A program made the translations under genes and the position numbers. Of a stretch of DNA of 34,255 nucleotides, positions 1 to 7,406 are shown piece by piece. Source of the stretch: Candidatus Nanopelagicales bacterium (lineage in GTDB: Bacteria > Actinomycetota > Actinomycetes > S36-B12); NCBI GenBank assembly GCA_032117435.1, contig JAULZJ010000048.1:1-34255 (forward strand), read 5' to 3'. Numbering within the stretch: position 1 is the stretch's first letter; the number at the start of each line of letters is the position of its first letter. The notes under the pieces were generated by a model. It searched no databases and had not been told where the DNA came from. It saw nothing but the letters and a program-made list of their open reading frames with translations.

Positions 1-1
1 G

Positions 2-607
2 CTCCTCATCGCCGCTGCGGTCGCTGGCGCTGCGGCAGGCGTCGCCGCGTGGCGGCGCTACCACGACACCGACCCCGTCGCCGAGCGTGCCGACGCATGG
101 GCCGACACGGTGTCCACCTTCGCCGGCCGCTCAGCAGCCGGCGTCTCCGGGGCGGCCACCACCGCGGCGGGGCTTGTGGACAAGGCCGCGCGCACGGCAT
201 CCGATGCCGCGTACTCGACGTCCGTCGTCCCACCCGTCGTCGCGGATGCCGTGAGCACCGCTGCCGCCACGGCGGGAGCCGCGGTGAGCGATGCGGCGGA
301 GGTCACGTCCTCCGCAGCCGCATCCGCCGCGAGCGCGACCAAGGCTGCAGCGGCCGACACGGCCGAGGTGGTCAAGGGCGCGGCTGCTGCCGCTGCAGAG
401 GAATTGAGCGAGTCCGAAGGCACGCCATCAGGCGAGGCGCCCCCGGCCGCCAAGCCGGCGAAGAAGAAGTCGACGGCCGCGAAGCCGGCTACCGCATCCG
501 GCGCCAAGGCACCCGCCGCCAGGAAGGCTCCCGCCAAGAAGGCGGCGGCAAAGAAATCGCCGCCCAAGCCGAGCGGAGATGACGCGGGGGCCGGACAGGC
601 TTCCTGA
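2..607 (+). CDS. Hypothetical membrane-anchored Ala-rich protein with a Lys/Ala/Pro-rich (histone H1-like) C-terminal tail. The 5' end lies upstream of the window.
   Basis: Frame 2 is open from base 2 and begins LLIAAAVAGAAAGVAAWRRY, a hydrophobic helix followed by basic residues. It continues through the listed 110..607 ORF to TGA at 605-607. The tail reads PAAKPAKKKSTAAKPA...KAPAKKAAAKKSPPKP. Third codon positions are GC-rich. Confidence 0.55.
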   Translation, partial: LLIAAAVAGAAAGVAAWRRYHDTDPVAERADAWADTVSTFAGRSAAGVSGAATTAAGLVDKAARTASDAAYSTSVVPPVVADAVSTAAATAGAAVSDAAEVTSSAAASAASATKAAAADTAEVVKGAAAAAAEELSESEGTPSGEAPPAAKPAKKKSTAAKPATASGAKAPAARKAPAKKAAAKKSPPKPSGDDAGAGQAS

Positions 608-622
608 CGCCCCACAGCGACT

Positions 623-671
623 CCGCCCGGGTGCGTCAGCCGGTGCGAGGGATTTCCCCCGCTCGCGGGCG
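623..671 (+). repeat. Copy 1 of a shared GC-rich hairpin-forming upstream element: CCGCCCGGG ... TTTCCC ... TCGCGGGCG
   Basis: CCGCCCGGG lies at 623-631, TTTCCC at 653-658 and TCGCGGGCG at 663-671, followed by ACACTCAC at 692-699. The same collinear blocks recur at 1350-1408. The outer arms CGCCCG and CGGGCG are inverted repeats. Confidence 0.3.
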
Positions 672-750
672 CGCCGTCCATGCGCGATGTAACACTCACG
701 AAGGCTCCTCACTGTGAGTGAGCATTCAGCTCCGTCTGGAAGGACAGCCC

Positions 751-1293
751 GTGAAGTTCGCCAAGTCGCTCGTCGCAATTGCCGCCTCGGCGGCGCTCAT
801 CGCCGGCCCCGTCGTCGCGGGGAGCACCGTCGCTCAGGCCGCTCCCGTCACCAAGGCCAAGGCCAGTGGCACCACCCTCATTTCCTTCAAGAAGGAACTC
901 GCCGGAATCACGAAGCTCTTCGGCGTGGTCAAGCCTGCCAAGTACCAGGGCAGCCTGATGACCTTCCCCATCACCGCCGTCAAGGGCAAGATCATCAAGC
1001 ATGCCGGCGGCCTTACTGCCGGAGACCTCAAGCTGATGGATCCGGTCATGGAGGTCAACGCCGATAAGAAGCGCGCGCGGATCACCATGACCTACGACGA
1101 TGGATCCGTGAATGTGTTCTACGCTAAGCACTTCAAGGTCAAGGCGGACGGAGTGGACGGCCAGGTCTGGCAGGGCAATCTGCACCTGACCAAGAACCAG
1201 GTCACCGTCGACACGATCAACCAGGCCCTCGGGGTCGACAGCCTCGAGCCGGGCATGGGACTCGGCCAGATCCGAGTGACGATCAAGAAGTAG
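751..1293 (+). CDS. Small secreted protein of unknown function with a Sec signal peptide
   Basis: GTG at 751 sits 6 nt after GGAAGGA (738-744). The N-terminus (M)KFAKSLVAIAASAALIAGPVVAGSTVAQA/AP has a basic n-region, a hydrophobic core and an AQA cleavage site. The track start at 718 is in the same frame and is an alternative. I recognise no domain. Confidence 0.7.
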   Translation: MKFAKSLVAIAASAALIAGPVVAGSTVAQAAPVTKAKASGTTLISFKKELAGITKLFGVVKPAKYQGSLMTFPITAVKGKIIKHAGGLTAGDLKLMDPVMEVNADKKRARITMTYDDGSVNVFYAKHFKVKADGVDGQVWQGNLHLTKNQVTVDTINQALGVDSLEPGMGLGQIRVTIKK

Positions 1294-1312
1294 CAGCATC
1301 CCTTGCCCTCGT

Positions 1313-1340
1313 GGGGCCCGGCTCACTCGAGCCGGGCCCC
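1313..1340 (+). terminator. Stem-loop terminator after the secreted-protein gene
   Basis: GGGGCCCGGCT-cactcg-AGCCGGGCCCC forms an 11-bp perfect stem 20 nt after the stop codon. There is no U-tract, which is common in high-GC actinobacteria. Confidence 0.55.
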
Positions 1341-1349
1341 CGTGCTGTG

Positions 1350-1385
1350 CCGCCCGGGCGGGGAAGGTTTCCCGCCTCGCGGGCG
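1350..1385 (+). repeat. Copy 2 of the shared upstream hairpin element
   Basis: CCGCCCGGG lies at 1350-1358, TTTCCC at 1368-1373 and TCGCGGGCG at 1377-1385, followed by ACACTGAC at 1401-1408. It can fold as CGCCCG-GGCGGGG-aaggtt-TCCCGCC-tcg-CGGGCG. Confidence 0.3.
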
Positions 1386-1422
1386 TTAGATCCTCAGGCG
1401 ACACTGACTGCAAGGAGGATCC

Positions 1423-2355
1423 ATGACTGATCGACCGCTCGTCACCTGGCACAGCGACCCCACTCCGGTGGAGGGTCGTCATGTCCTCGTGCATGCCTTC
1501 ACGGGCTTCCTCGACGCCGGTGGCGCCACGGCGATGGCCGCACGCCTGCTGCAGGCCCGTGAGCCGCGTCTGCTGGCCACCTTCGATATCGACCAGGTGC
1601 TCGACTATCGCGCCCGTCGCCCGATGCTGACCTTCGTGACGGACCACTTCGCCGCCGTCGACATGCCGCAGATCGCCCTACACGAGATCACGGACGCGGC
1701 AGGAACGTCGTTCCTCCTCCTCACGGGACCCGAACCCGACTACCAGTGGCAGCGCTTCTCCGAGGAGATCCTCGAGATCGTCCGCCAGACGGGCACGCGA
1801 CTCACCGTCGGCCTGTCGGCCATTCCGTGGCCCGCACCTCACACGCGTCCGCTCGGTGTCACCGTGCATGGCAATGTCCCGTCCCTCGTGTCGAGCCCGC
1901 ACACGATCGCGGGCAGTCTGCAGGTGCCCGGCCACATCGGCGGATTGCTTGAGTTGCGTCTCAGCGAGGCGGGCGAGCAGGCGATCGGCATTGCGACCCA
2001 CGTGCCGCACTACCTCGGCCAGTTCGAGTATCCGGCTGCGGCGATCACATCACTCGAGGCGCTCAGCACCGCCACGGCGCTCGTGCTGCCTGTCGATGAC
2101 CTGCGCGCTCCCGCATCACGCGCCGAGGGTGAGATCGCCCAGCAGCTGCAGAACAGCGAGGAGTTCGTCACGATCGTCCACGCCCTCGAGCAGCAGTACG
2201 ACCAACTCGCTGCGCTGCGTGGCACGGGACCGGTGGCCGCGGGAGCCTCGGAGCTGGCCCCGGGAGGGCACGTGCCCTCGGGCGACGAGATCGCAGCCCA
2301 GGTCGAGCAGTTCCTCGCGGATATGCACGATCGGGAGTCCGGCGACCCGGAGTGA
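1423..2355 (+). CDS. PAC2 (proteasome assembly chaperone 2-like) family protein
   Basis: ATG is preceded by AAGGAGG. The N-terminal segment HVLVHAFTGFLDAGGAT and the ~310-aa length resemble, from memory, actinobacterial PAC2-family proteins. I could not run an alignment. Confidence 0.6.
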   Translation: MTDRPLVTWHSDPTPVEGRHVLVHAFTGFLDAGGATAMAARLLQAREPRLLATFDIDQVLDYRARRPMLTFVTDHFAAVDMPQIALHEITDAAGTSFLLLTGPEPDYQWQRFSEEILEIVRQTGTRLTVGLSAIPWPAPHTRPLGVTVHGNVPSLVSSPHTIAGSLQVPGHIGGLLELRLSEAGEQAIGIATHVPHYLGQFEYPAAAITSLEALSTATALVLPVDDLRAPASRAEGEIAQQLQNSEEFVTIVHALEQQYDQLAALRGTGPVAAGASELAPGGHVPSGDEIAAQVEQFLADMHDRESGDPE

Positions 2356-2433
2356 CCCGCCCGGGGAGCCAGCGGATACGAGACATGTGAGACTGGGGTC
2401 CCTGGGCGCCGATCGAGGCGCAGGGAGGACCCG

Positions 2434-3471
2434 ATGAGCGACCGAGCACGGGGCGGCAACGCCGCCTTCCGTTTCACCGACACCGCGGTCCTCTCCGTGA
2501 GTATCGCCGAGGCACCGGTCGTCGTGACCTCCGCCGAGATCGATGAGGCTCTGGCAGGTACCTACTCACGCCTGGACGTACGCCCCGGTCTGCTCGAGGG
2601 CCTGGCCGGGATCGTCGAGCGCCGCTGGTGGCCCGAGGACGTCTCCTTCGCCGACGCCGCCGCCATGGCGGGTGCCAAGGCCCTCGCGGACGCCGGCATC
2701 GAGCCCGAGCGCGTAGGGCTGCTCATCGACACATCCGTGTCCCGCGCGCACCTGGAGCCCTCGGCCGCGGTCGACGTACACCATCAGCTCAGCATGCCCC
2801 CGCACTGCCTCAACTTCGATCTATCCAACGCCTGCCTGGGCTTCGTCAATGGCATGCACCTCGCCGGGACCCTCATCGATGCCGGCCAGATCGACTATGC
2901 CGTCATCGTGGACGGGGAGGGCTCACGGGGGCTCCAGGAGCAGACCATCGCGCGCCTCCAGGGGCCCGGCACGACGGTTGCCGACGTGTTCGAGAACTTT
3001 GCCTCCCTGACGCTCGGCTCTGGTGGCGCCGCCATGGTGCTCGGGCGTGCCACGGAGCACCCGGAGGGGCATCGCTTCATCGGCGGCGTCTCCCGCGCGG
3101 CCACCCAGCACCACACCATCTGCGTCGGTGATATGACGCAGATGCGCACCGACTCCCGGGCCTTGCTCGAGGCGGGTCTGGAACTCTCCGTCGAGACCTG
3201 GCAGGAGGCGAGCGAGACCTTCGACTGGTCCGACCTCGACTGTTACGTCATACATCAGGTATCGAGTGTGCACACCCAGGCGATCACGGGGGCACTCGGC
3301 ATCGATCCGGCGCGCGTGCCGATGACCTTCCCGCTCTACGGCAATATCGGGCCGGCATCCATCCCCTTCACTCTCGCCAAGCAGGCGGACAATCTTCGCC
3401 AGGGCGACCGGGTCGGCTGCCTCGGCATCGGCTCGGGACTCAACGCCAGCGTCATCGAAATCGCCTGGTAG
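2434..3471 (+). CDS. oleA: OleA, a FabH-like thiolase for head-to-head (non-decarboxylative Claisen) condensation of two fatty acyl-CoAs
   Basis: KAS-III/thiolase fold with the active-site Cys context LSNACLGFVNG and a C-terminal GIGSGLN. The position directly upstream of a fused hydrolase/AMP-ligase gene and an SDR gene matches the Micrococcus-type ole cluster. Confidence 0.8.
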   Translation: MSDRARGGNAAFRFTDTAVLSVSIAEAPVVVTSAEIDEALAGTYSRLDVRPGLLEGLAGIVERRWWPEDVSFADAAAMAGAKALADAGIEPERVGLLIDTSVSRAHLEPSAAVDVHHQLSMPPHCLNFDLSNACLGFVNGMHLAGTLIDAGQIDYAVIVDGEGSRGLQEQTIARLQGPGTTVADVFENFASLTLGSGGAAMVLGRATEHPEGHRFIGGVSRAATQHHTICVGDMTQMRTDSRALLEAGLELSVETWQEASETFDWSDLDCYVIHQVSSVHTQAITGALGIDPARVPMTFPLYGNIGPASIPFTLAKQADNLRQGDRVGCLGIGSGLNASVIEIAW

Positions 3472-3484
3472 CCCGCGCCCCACG

Positions 3485-6019
3485 ATGAGCGCGCACCTGC
3501 CGGACCTGCCCGGTCTCGACCCCGCCTGGTCTCGCCGCGTGGACCTTGGCGAAATCGCGATGCACGTGCTCGAGCGCCCGGCCCTCGGCACTGCCGCCCT
3601 CACTGTGCTCGCGGTGCACGGCAATCCGACCTGGTCCTACCTCTGGCGGCGCCTGCTCGCGACTGCGCCGGCCGATTGGCGGGTCATCGCGGTCGACCAG
3701 ATCGGCATGGGCTTCTCCGATCGCCCCGATGGCATGCGCCGCCTCGCGGATCGGGTGACTGATCTCGGCAGGCTTACCGAGGCACTTGCCGTCACGGGTC
3801 CGGTCGTCACTGTCGCGCATGACTGGGGCGGTCCCGTCTCGCTCGGCTGGGACCTGGTGCATCGGGACCTGCTCGCGGGCGTCGTGCTCGCCAATACCGC
3901 GGTCCACCAGCCCGCCGGGTCACCCGCTCCGACGCTCATCCGGCTCGCCCGCTCGCGCCCTCTGCTGGAGGCCGTCACTCGGCGTAGCTCGACATTCCTG
4001 CGCGGCACCACGTGGATGTCACGACGCATGACCCCGGATGTGGCGCGCGCCTTCCGCGCGCCGTACCCAGACCGGGCGAGTAGGCGCGCCATCGGCGACT
4101 TCGTGGCGGACATACCCCTGTCCCCCGATCATCCGAGTGCGGCCACGCTCGACGGAATCGCAGAGGGCATCCGTTCGCTCGACGTGCCCGTGCTCCTCGC
4201 GTGGGGCGCCGACGACCCCGTCTTCTCCGATCGCTACCTGCGCGACCTGCGCTCGCGCATGCCACACGCCGACATCCACCGGTATGAGGGCGCCCGCCAC
4301 CTGGTCACCGAGGATGCCGAGAGCTGGGTCGAGGACGTCATCGCGTGGATCCAGGCGCGAGTGCTCCGCGAGGTGCCACCCCGTGATCCTGGCGACGATT
4401 CCGTGATCCCAATCGGCCAAGCCCTGGACGACAGGTCCCGCGACTCGGATGTGGCCCTCGCTGATCTGCGCTCGGATCGGCGCGTGAGCTGGGCGATGCT
4501 CGCTGCCCGCACCCGGGAGATCGCCGCGGGACTCATCGACATGGGCGTCCGCACCGGCGATCGTGTCGCGCTTCTCGTGCCCCCCGGCGCGGATCTCATT
4601 GCCTGCGTCTACGCCGCATGGCGCATCGGTGCCGTCGTGGTCGTCGCTGACTCGGGGTTGGGAGTGCGCGGCATGCGTCGCGCACTGCGCTCCGCGGAGG
4701 CCACGCACGTCGTGGGGATTCCCGCGGGGCTCGGCCTGGCGCGCACCCTGGAGCTGCCGGGAGTGCGCATCCTCGTGGGGCGCACCGGTCCCGCCACGCG
4801 CGTCCTCGGCGCGGATGCCTCGCTCGCCGAGGTCGCCCGGCGTGGGCGCGAGCATCTCGCAATCCGGGATCTGCCCCCGGCGCCGCCGGCGGAGGCGGAT
4901 GCGCTCGTCGCCTTCACTTCGGGGGCGACCGGCCCCGCCAAGGGCGTCGTCTACACGCACGCCCGCCTGGCGCACCTGCGCGATGCGCTGCGGGCGGCAT
5001 ATGGCATCGGCACGGATGACGCGCTCGTCGCTGCCTTCGCCCCCTGGTCGGTGCTCGGCCCCGCGCTCGGCATTCCCTCGGCGATCCCGGACATGGACCT
5101 CACCGATGCGAGCACGCTCACCGCCCGCGCCCTCGCTGACGCGGTGGGTGCCGTCGACGGCACCCTGGCATGGGCTTCGCCGACCGCGGTGCGCGCGGTG
5201 GTCGACTCCGGTGACCACCTCGACATGCATGAGCAGCGTGCGTTGGACAGCCTGCGCTTCCTGCTGGTCGCCGGTGCCCCGGTGCCGGTGGACCTGCTCG
5301 AGCGAGCTGCTGCGCTCCTTCCGAGTGCGACTCTCGCTACGCCGTACGGCATGACCGAAGCCCTGCCCCTGACCGAGGTGACGCTGCAGGAACTCCGCGA
5401 TGCCGTGGGCCTGGGTGTGCTCGTCGGGCGTCCACTCCCGGGCGTGGAGATCGACATCGCCGGCCTCGATGCCGCGGGCACCCCCGCGGAGCAGTTGGGG
5501 ACGGCACCGGGGGTGACAGGCGAGATCGTCGTGCGTTGCTCGTGGATGCGGGACAGGTACGACCGCCGCTGGGCAACTCAGCACCGGGCTGGCTCGCCCG
5601 AAGGCTGGCATCGCACCGGCGATGTCGGTCACCTCGACGACGAAGGGCGGCTCTGGGTCGAAGGACGCCTTGCTCACGTGCTGCTGTGCGCTGACGGACC
5701 CGTGACCCCGGTGGCAGCGGAACTCGTCGCGCAGCGCGCCGCCGGGGTGCCGCTCGCGGCACTCGTGGGAGTGGGCCCCCCGGGCGCCCAGGTGCCGGTG
5801 GTCGTCCTGCAGTCGCCGGGGCCCGCGCTGGGACTCGCTGAATCGGCCCTCACCCAGCGCGTGCGCGAGGACGTGCGGCGCGAGTCGGGCCTGGATCTCG
5901 CTGCTGTGCTCACGATGCGGTCCCTCCCGGTGGATGTGCGTCACCGGTCCAAAGTCGACCGCCTGCGGATCGCGCGCGAGACGAGCGACTTCCTCCAGGG
6001 AGCGCGCGGAGATGGCTGA
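3485..6019 (+). CDS. oleBC: Fused OleB (alpha/beta-hydrolase beta-lactone decarboxylase) and OleC (AMP-dependent beta-lactone synthetase)
   Basis: The N-terminal ~290 aa carry haloalkane-dehalogenase-like motifs (HGNPTWSYLWR, VAHDWGG). The C-terminal ~540 aa carry the adenylate-forming motif FTSGATGPAKGVVYTH. The start lies 13 nt after the oleA stop. Confidence 0.85.
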   Translation: MSAHLPDLPGLDPAWSRRVDLGEIAMHVLERPALGTAALTVLAVHGNPTWSYLWRRLLATAPADWRVIAVDQIGMGFSDRPDGMRRLADRVTDLGRLTEALAVTGPVVTVAHDWGGPVSLGWDLVHRDLLAGVVLANTAVHQPAGSPAPTLIRLARSRPLLEAVTRRSSTFLRGTTWMSRRMTPDVARAFRAPYPDRASRRAIGDFVADIPLSPDHPSAATLDGIAEGIRSLDVPVLLAWGADDPVFSDRYLRDLRSRMPHADIHRYEGARHLVTEDAESWVEDVIAWIQARVLREVPPRDPGDDSVIPIGQALDDRSRDSDVALADLRSDRRVSWAMLAARTREIAAGLIDMGVRTGDRVALLVPPGADLIACVYAAWRIGAVVVVADSGLGVRGMRRALRSAEATHVVGIPAGLGLARTLELPGVRILVGRTGPATRVLGADASLAEVARRGREHLAIRDLPPAPPAEADALVAFTSGATGPAKGVVYTHARLAHLRDALRAAYGIGTDDALVAAFAPWSVLGPALGIPSAIPDMDLTDASTLTARALADAVGAVDGTLAWASPTAVRAVVDSGDHLDMHEQRALDSLRFLLVAGAPVPVDLLERAAALLPSATLATPYGMTEALPLTEVTLQELRDAVGLGVLVGRPLPGVEIDIAGLDAAGTPAEQLGTAPGVTGEIVVRCSWMRDRYDRRWATQHRAGSPEGWHRTGDVGHLDDEGRLWVEGRLAHVLLCADGPVTPVAAELVAQRAAGVPLAALVGVGPPGAQVPVVVLQSPGPALGLAESALTQRVREDVRRESGLDLAAVLTMRSLPVDVRHRSKVDRLRIARETSDFLQGARGDG

Positions 6020-7022
6020 TCGCATCGCGGTCACCGGGGGATCCGGAGTGGTCGGCGGCGCCGTCGTCAGGGCATTGCTCGGACGAGGCGACGCGGTCGT
6101 CGCCGTCCAGCGCGGACCGCTGCCGGATGCACTGCGCTCAGCGGGGGCCGAAGACAGGCAGGCCGATGTCGCGGGCCCCGTGGCTGCCCTGGTCGGCGCC
6201 TTCATGGGCTCCTCAGCCGTCGTGCATGCGGCCGCGCGCGTCGACATCGTCGGACCCTGGAGCGATTACGAGCGGGCGAATGTCATCGGCACGCGCCAGG
6301 TGCTCGATGCTGCTCGCCGTGCGGGCGTGCGACGCTTCGTGCTTGTGTCTTCGCCATCGGTGGCACATGCCGGGTATGCCCTCGTCGGTGCCCGCGCTGA
6401 GAAGGCTGATCCGGACAATGCGCATGGCCACTACTCCCGCAGCAAGGCGATGGCGGAGGTGATTGCGCTTTCCGCGGACAGCGATGACATGGCCGTCACT
6501 GTCGTGCGGCCGCATCTGGTGTGGGGTCCCGGCGACACGCAGCTCACCGAGCGCATCATCGATCGGGCGCGCAGCGGTCGATTGGTGACGATCGGCGGCG
6601 GCTCGGCTCTCATCGACACGACGTACATCGACAACGCCGGTTCGGCCATTGCCGCCGCGGTCGACCGGGCGGCGCATGCGGATGTCCGCGGCCGTGCCTT
6701 CGTCGTATCCAATGGCGAGCCTCGCACGGTGAGCGAGATGCTCACTCGGATCGCCCAGGCTGCCGGCGCCCCGGGTCCCACGCGCAACGTGCCCTTTCCC
6801 ATGGCCCGGATGGGCGGGCTGGTGCTCGAGAGGCTGTGGGAGCGCACGGGGCGCGAGGGGGAGCCGCCGGTGACCGCCTTCCTCGCCGAGCAACTGGCCA
6901 CGGCGCACTGGTTCGACCAGCGCGAGACGCGCACCGCCTTGAATTGGGCCCCCGATGTCAGCCTCGACGAGGGCCTTCAGCGGCTGGCCGCGTGGCTGCG
7001 CGGCGTGGCTGCCTCATCCTGA
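6012..7022 (+). CDS. oleD: OleD, an NAD(P)H-dependent 2-alkyl-3-ketoalkanoate reductase of the 3-beta-HSD/extended SDR family
   Basis: ATG at 6012 overlaps the oleBC TGA (ATGGCTGA). Rossmann motif IAVTGGSGVVGG and catalytic YSRSK are present. The track start at 5934 would overlap oleBC by 86 nt and add a non-Rossmann extension. Confidence 0.8.
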   Translation: MADRIAVTGGSGVVGGAVVRALLGRGDAVVAVQRGPLPDALRSAGAEDRQADVAGPVAALVGAFMGSSAVVHAAARVDIVGPWSDYERANVIGTRQVLDAARRAGVRRFVLVSSPSVAHAGYALVGARAEKADPDNAHGHYSRSKAMAEVIALSADSDDMAVTVVRPHLVWGPGDTQLTERIIDRARSGRLVTIGGGSALIDTTYIDNAGSAIAAAVDRAAHADVRGRAFVVSNGEPRTVSEMLTRIAQAAGAPGPTRNVPFPMARMGGLVLERLWERTGREGEPPVTAFLAEQLATAHWFDQRETRTALNWAPDVSLDEGLQRLAAWLRGVAASS

Positions 7023-7035
7023 GCCCATCGGGGGC

Positions 7036-7293
7036 TATAAAGGACGAGACCCCTGGAAGTATGAGTTCCAGGGGTCTCGCCACGGATCGCACCTACCGGT
7101 CCCGCGAAGGGAAGTCGGGGGCGTCGCCCCTCCTCCGTCGCACCCGTTGCCGGGGCGCCTCCGGTGCGGCTTTCACCGCTTCAGTCGATCCCGAAGCTCC
7201 GGTCCCCCCCGCGACACCGGGGTGGGGAGTTGCCTCCGATCTCGTCTTGCGACGCGACCTCCGCTGCTCCGGCCGCTCAGTTTCCCTCGCGAC
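7036..7293 (-). ncRNA. Candidate structured stand-alone RNA, class not recognised
   Basis: On the minus strand there are four GNRA-capped hairpins: CGUC-GCAA-GACG (7254-7243), GGAG-GCAA-CUCC (7237-7226), GCGGU-GAAA-GCCGC (7179-7166) and CCCG-GCAA-CGGG (7154-7143). A possible closing helix pairs GCGAGGGAA (7290-7282) with UUCCCUUCGC (7113-7104). CGGAGG occurs four times. A terminator hairpin with a U-rich tail follows. No credible coding frame is present. The ends are approximate. Confidence 0.45.
7044..7080. terminator. Strong hairpin that could terminate oleD (+) and the candidate minus-strand RNA
   Basis: GAGACCCCTGGAA-7 nt-TTCCAGGGGTCTC is a perfect 13-bp stem, extendable to 15 bp. On the minus strand it is followed by CCUUUAU. 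The plus-strand side has no U-tract. It begins 22 nt after the oleD stop. Confidence 0.7.
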
Positions 7294-7406
7294 AAGTTAG
7301 TTCTATTCCCTCAGTGCAAGGCTGCGCAAGAGAGTGTCGGAACATTTTCCAAAAACTTGACCATCAACAGTCACACGCGAGCGGATTGACCACACGGACC
7401 ACGTCT

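Noticed and set aside
4019-6247. 742-aa minus-strand ORF antisense to oleBC and oleD
   Set aside because: It is Arg/Gly/His/Pro-rich with no recognisable motif. The opposite strand carries clear hydrolase, adenylation and SDR motifs. This is a typical long antisense ORF of very GC-rich DNA.
7036-7293. Assigning the candidate RNA to a known class: RNase P, tmRNA, SRP/4.5S, 6S, or a cobalamin, ZTP, SAM or glycine riboswitch
   Set aside because: I looked for the conserved cores: GAGGAAAGUCCGG for RNase P, a tRNA-like 3' end for tmRNA, GGAAGCAGCC for SRP, the B12 box for cobalamin, and GGGUCGUGACUGGCG plus CCGCCUGGGC for ZTP. I found only loose partial resemblances. There is also no downstream gene on that strand for a riboswitch. 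The class is left open.
7164-7406. N-terminal extension of the hydrolase ORF (track start 7164)
   Set aside because: The extension is Pro/Ser/Arg-rich low complexity and includes an AT-richer stretch with A/T third positions (7290-7380). It overlaps the hairpin-rich candidate RNA, so it looks non-coding.
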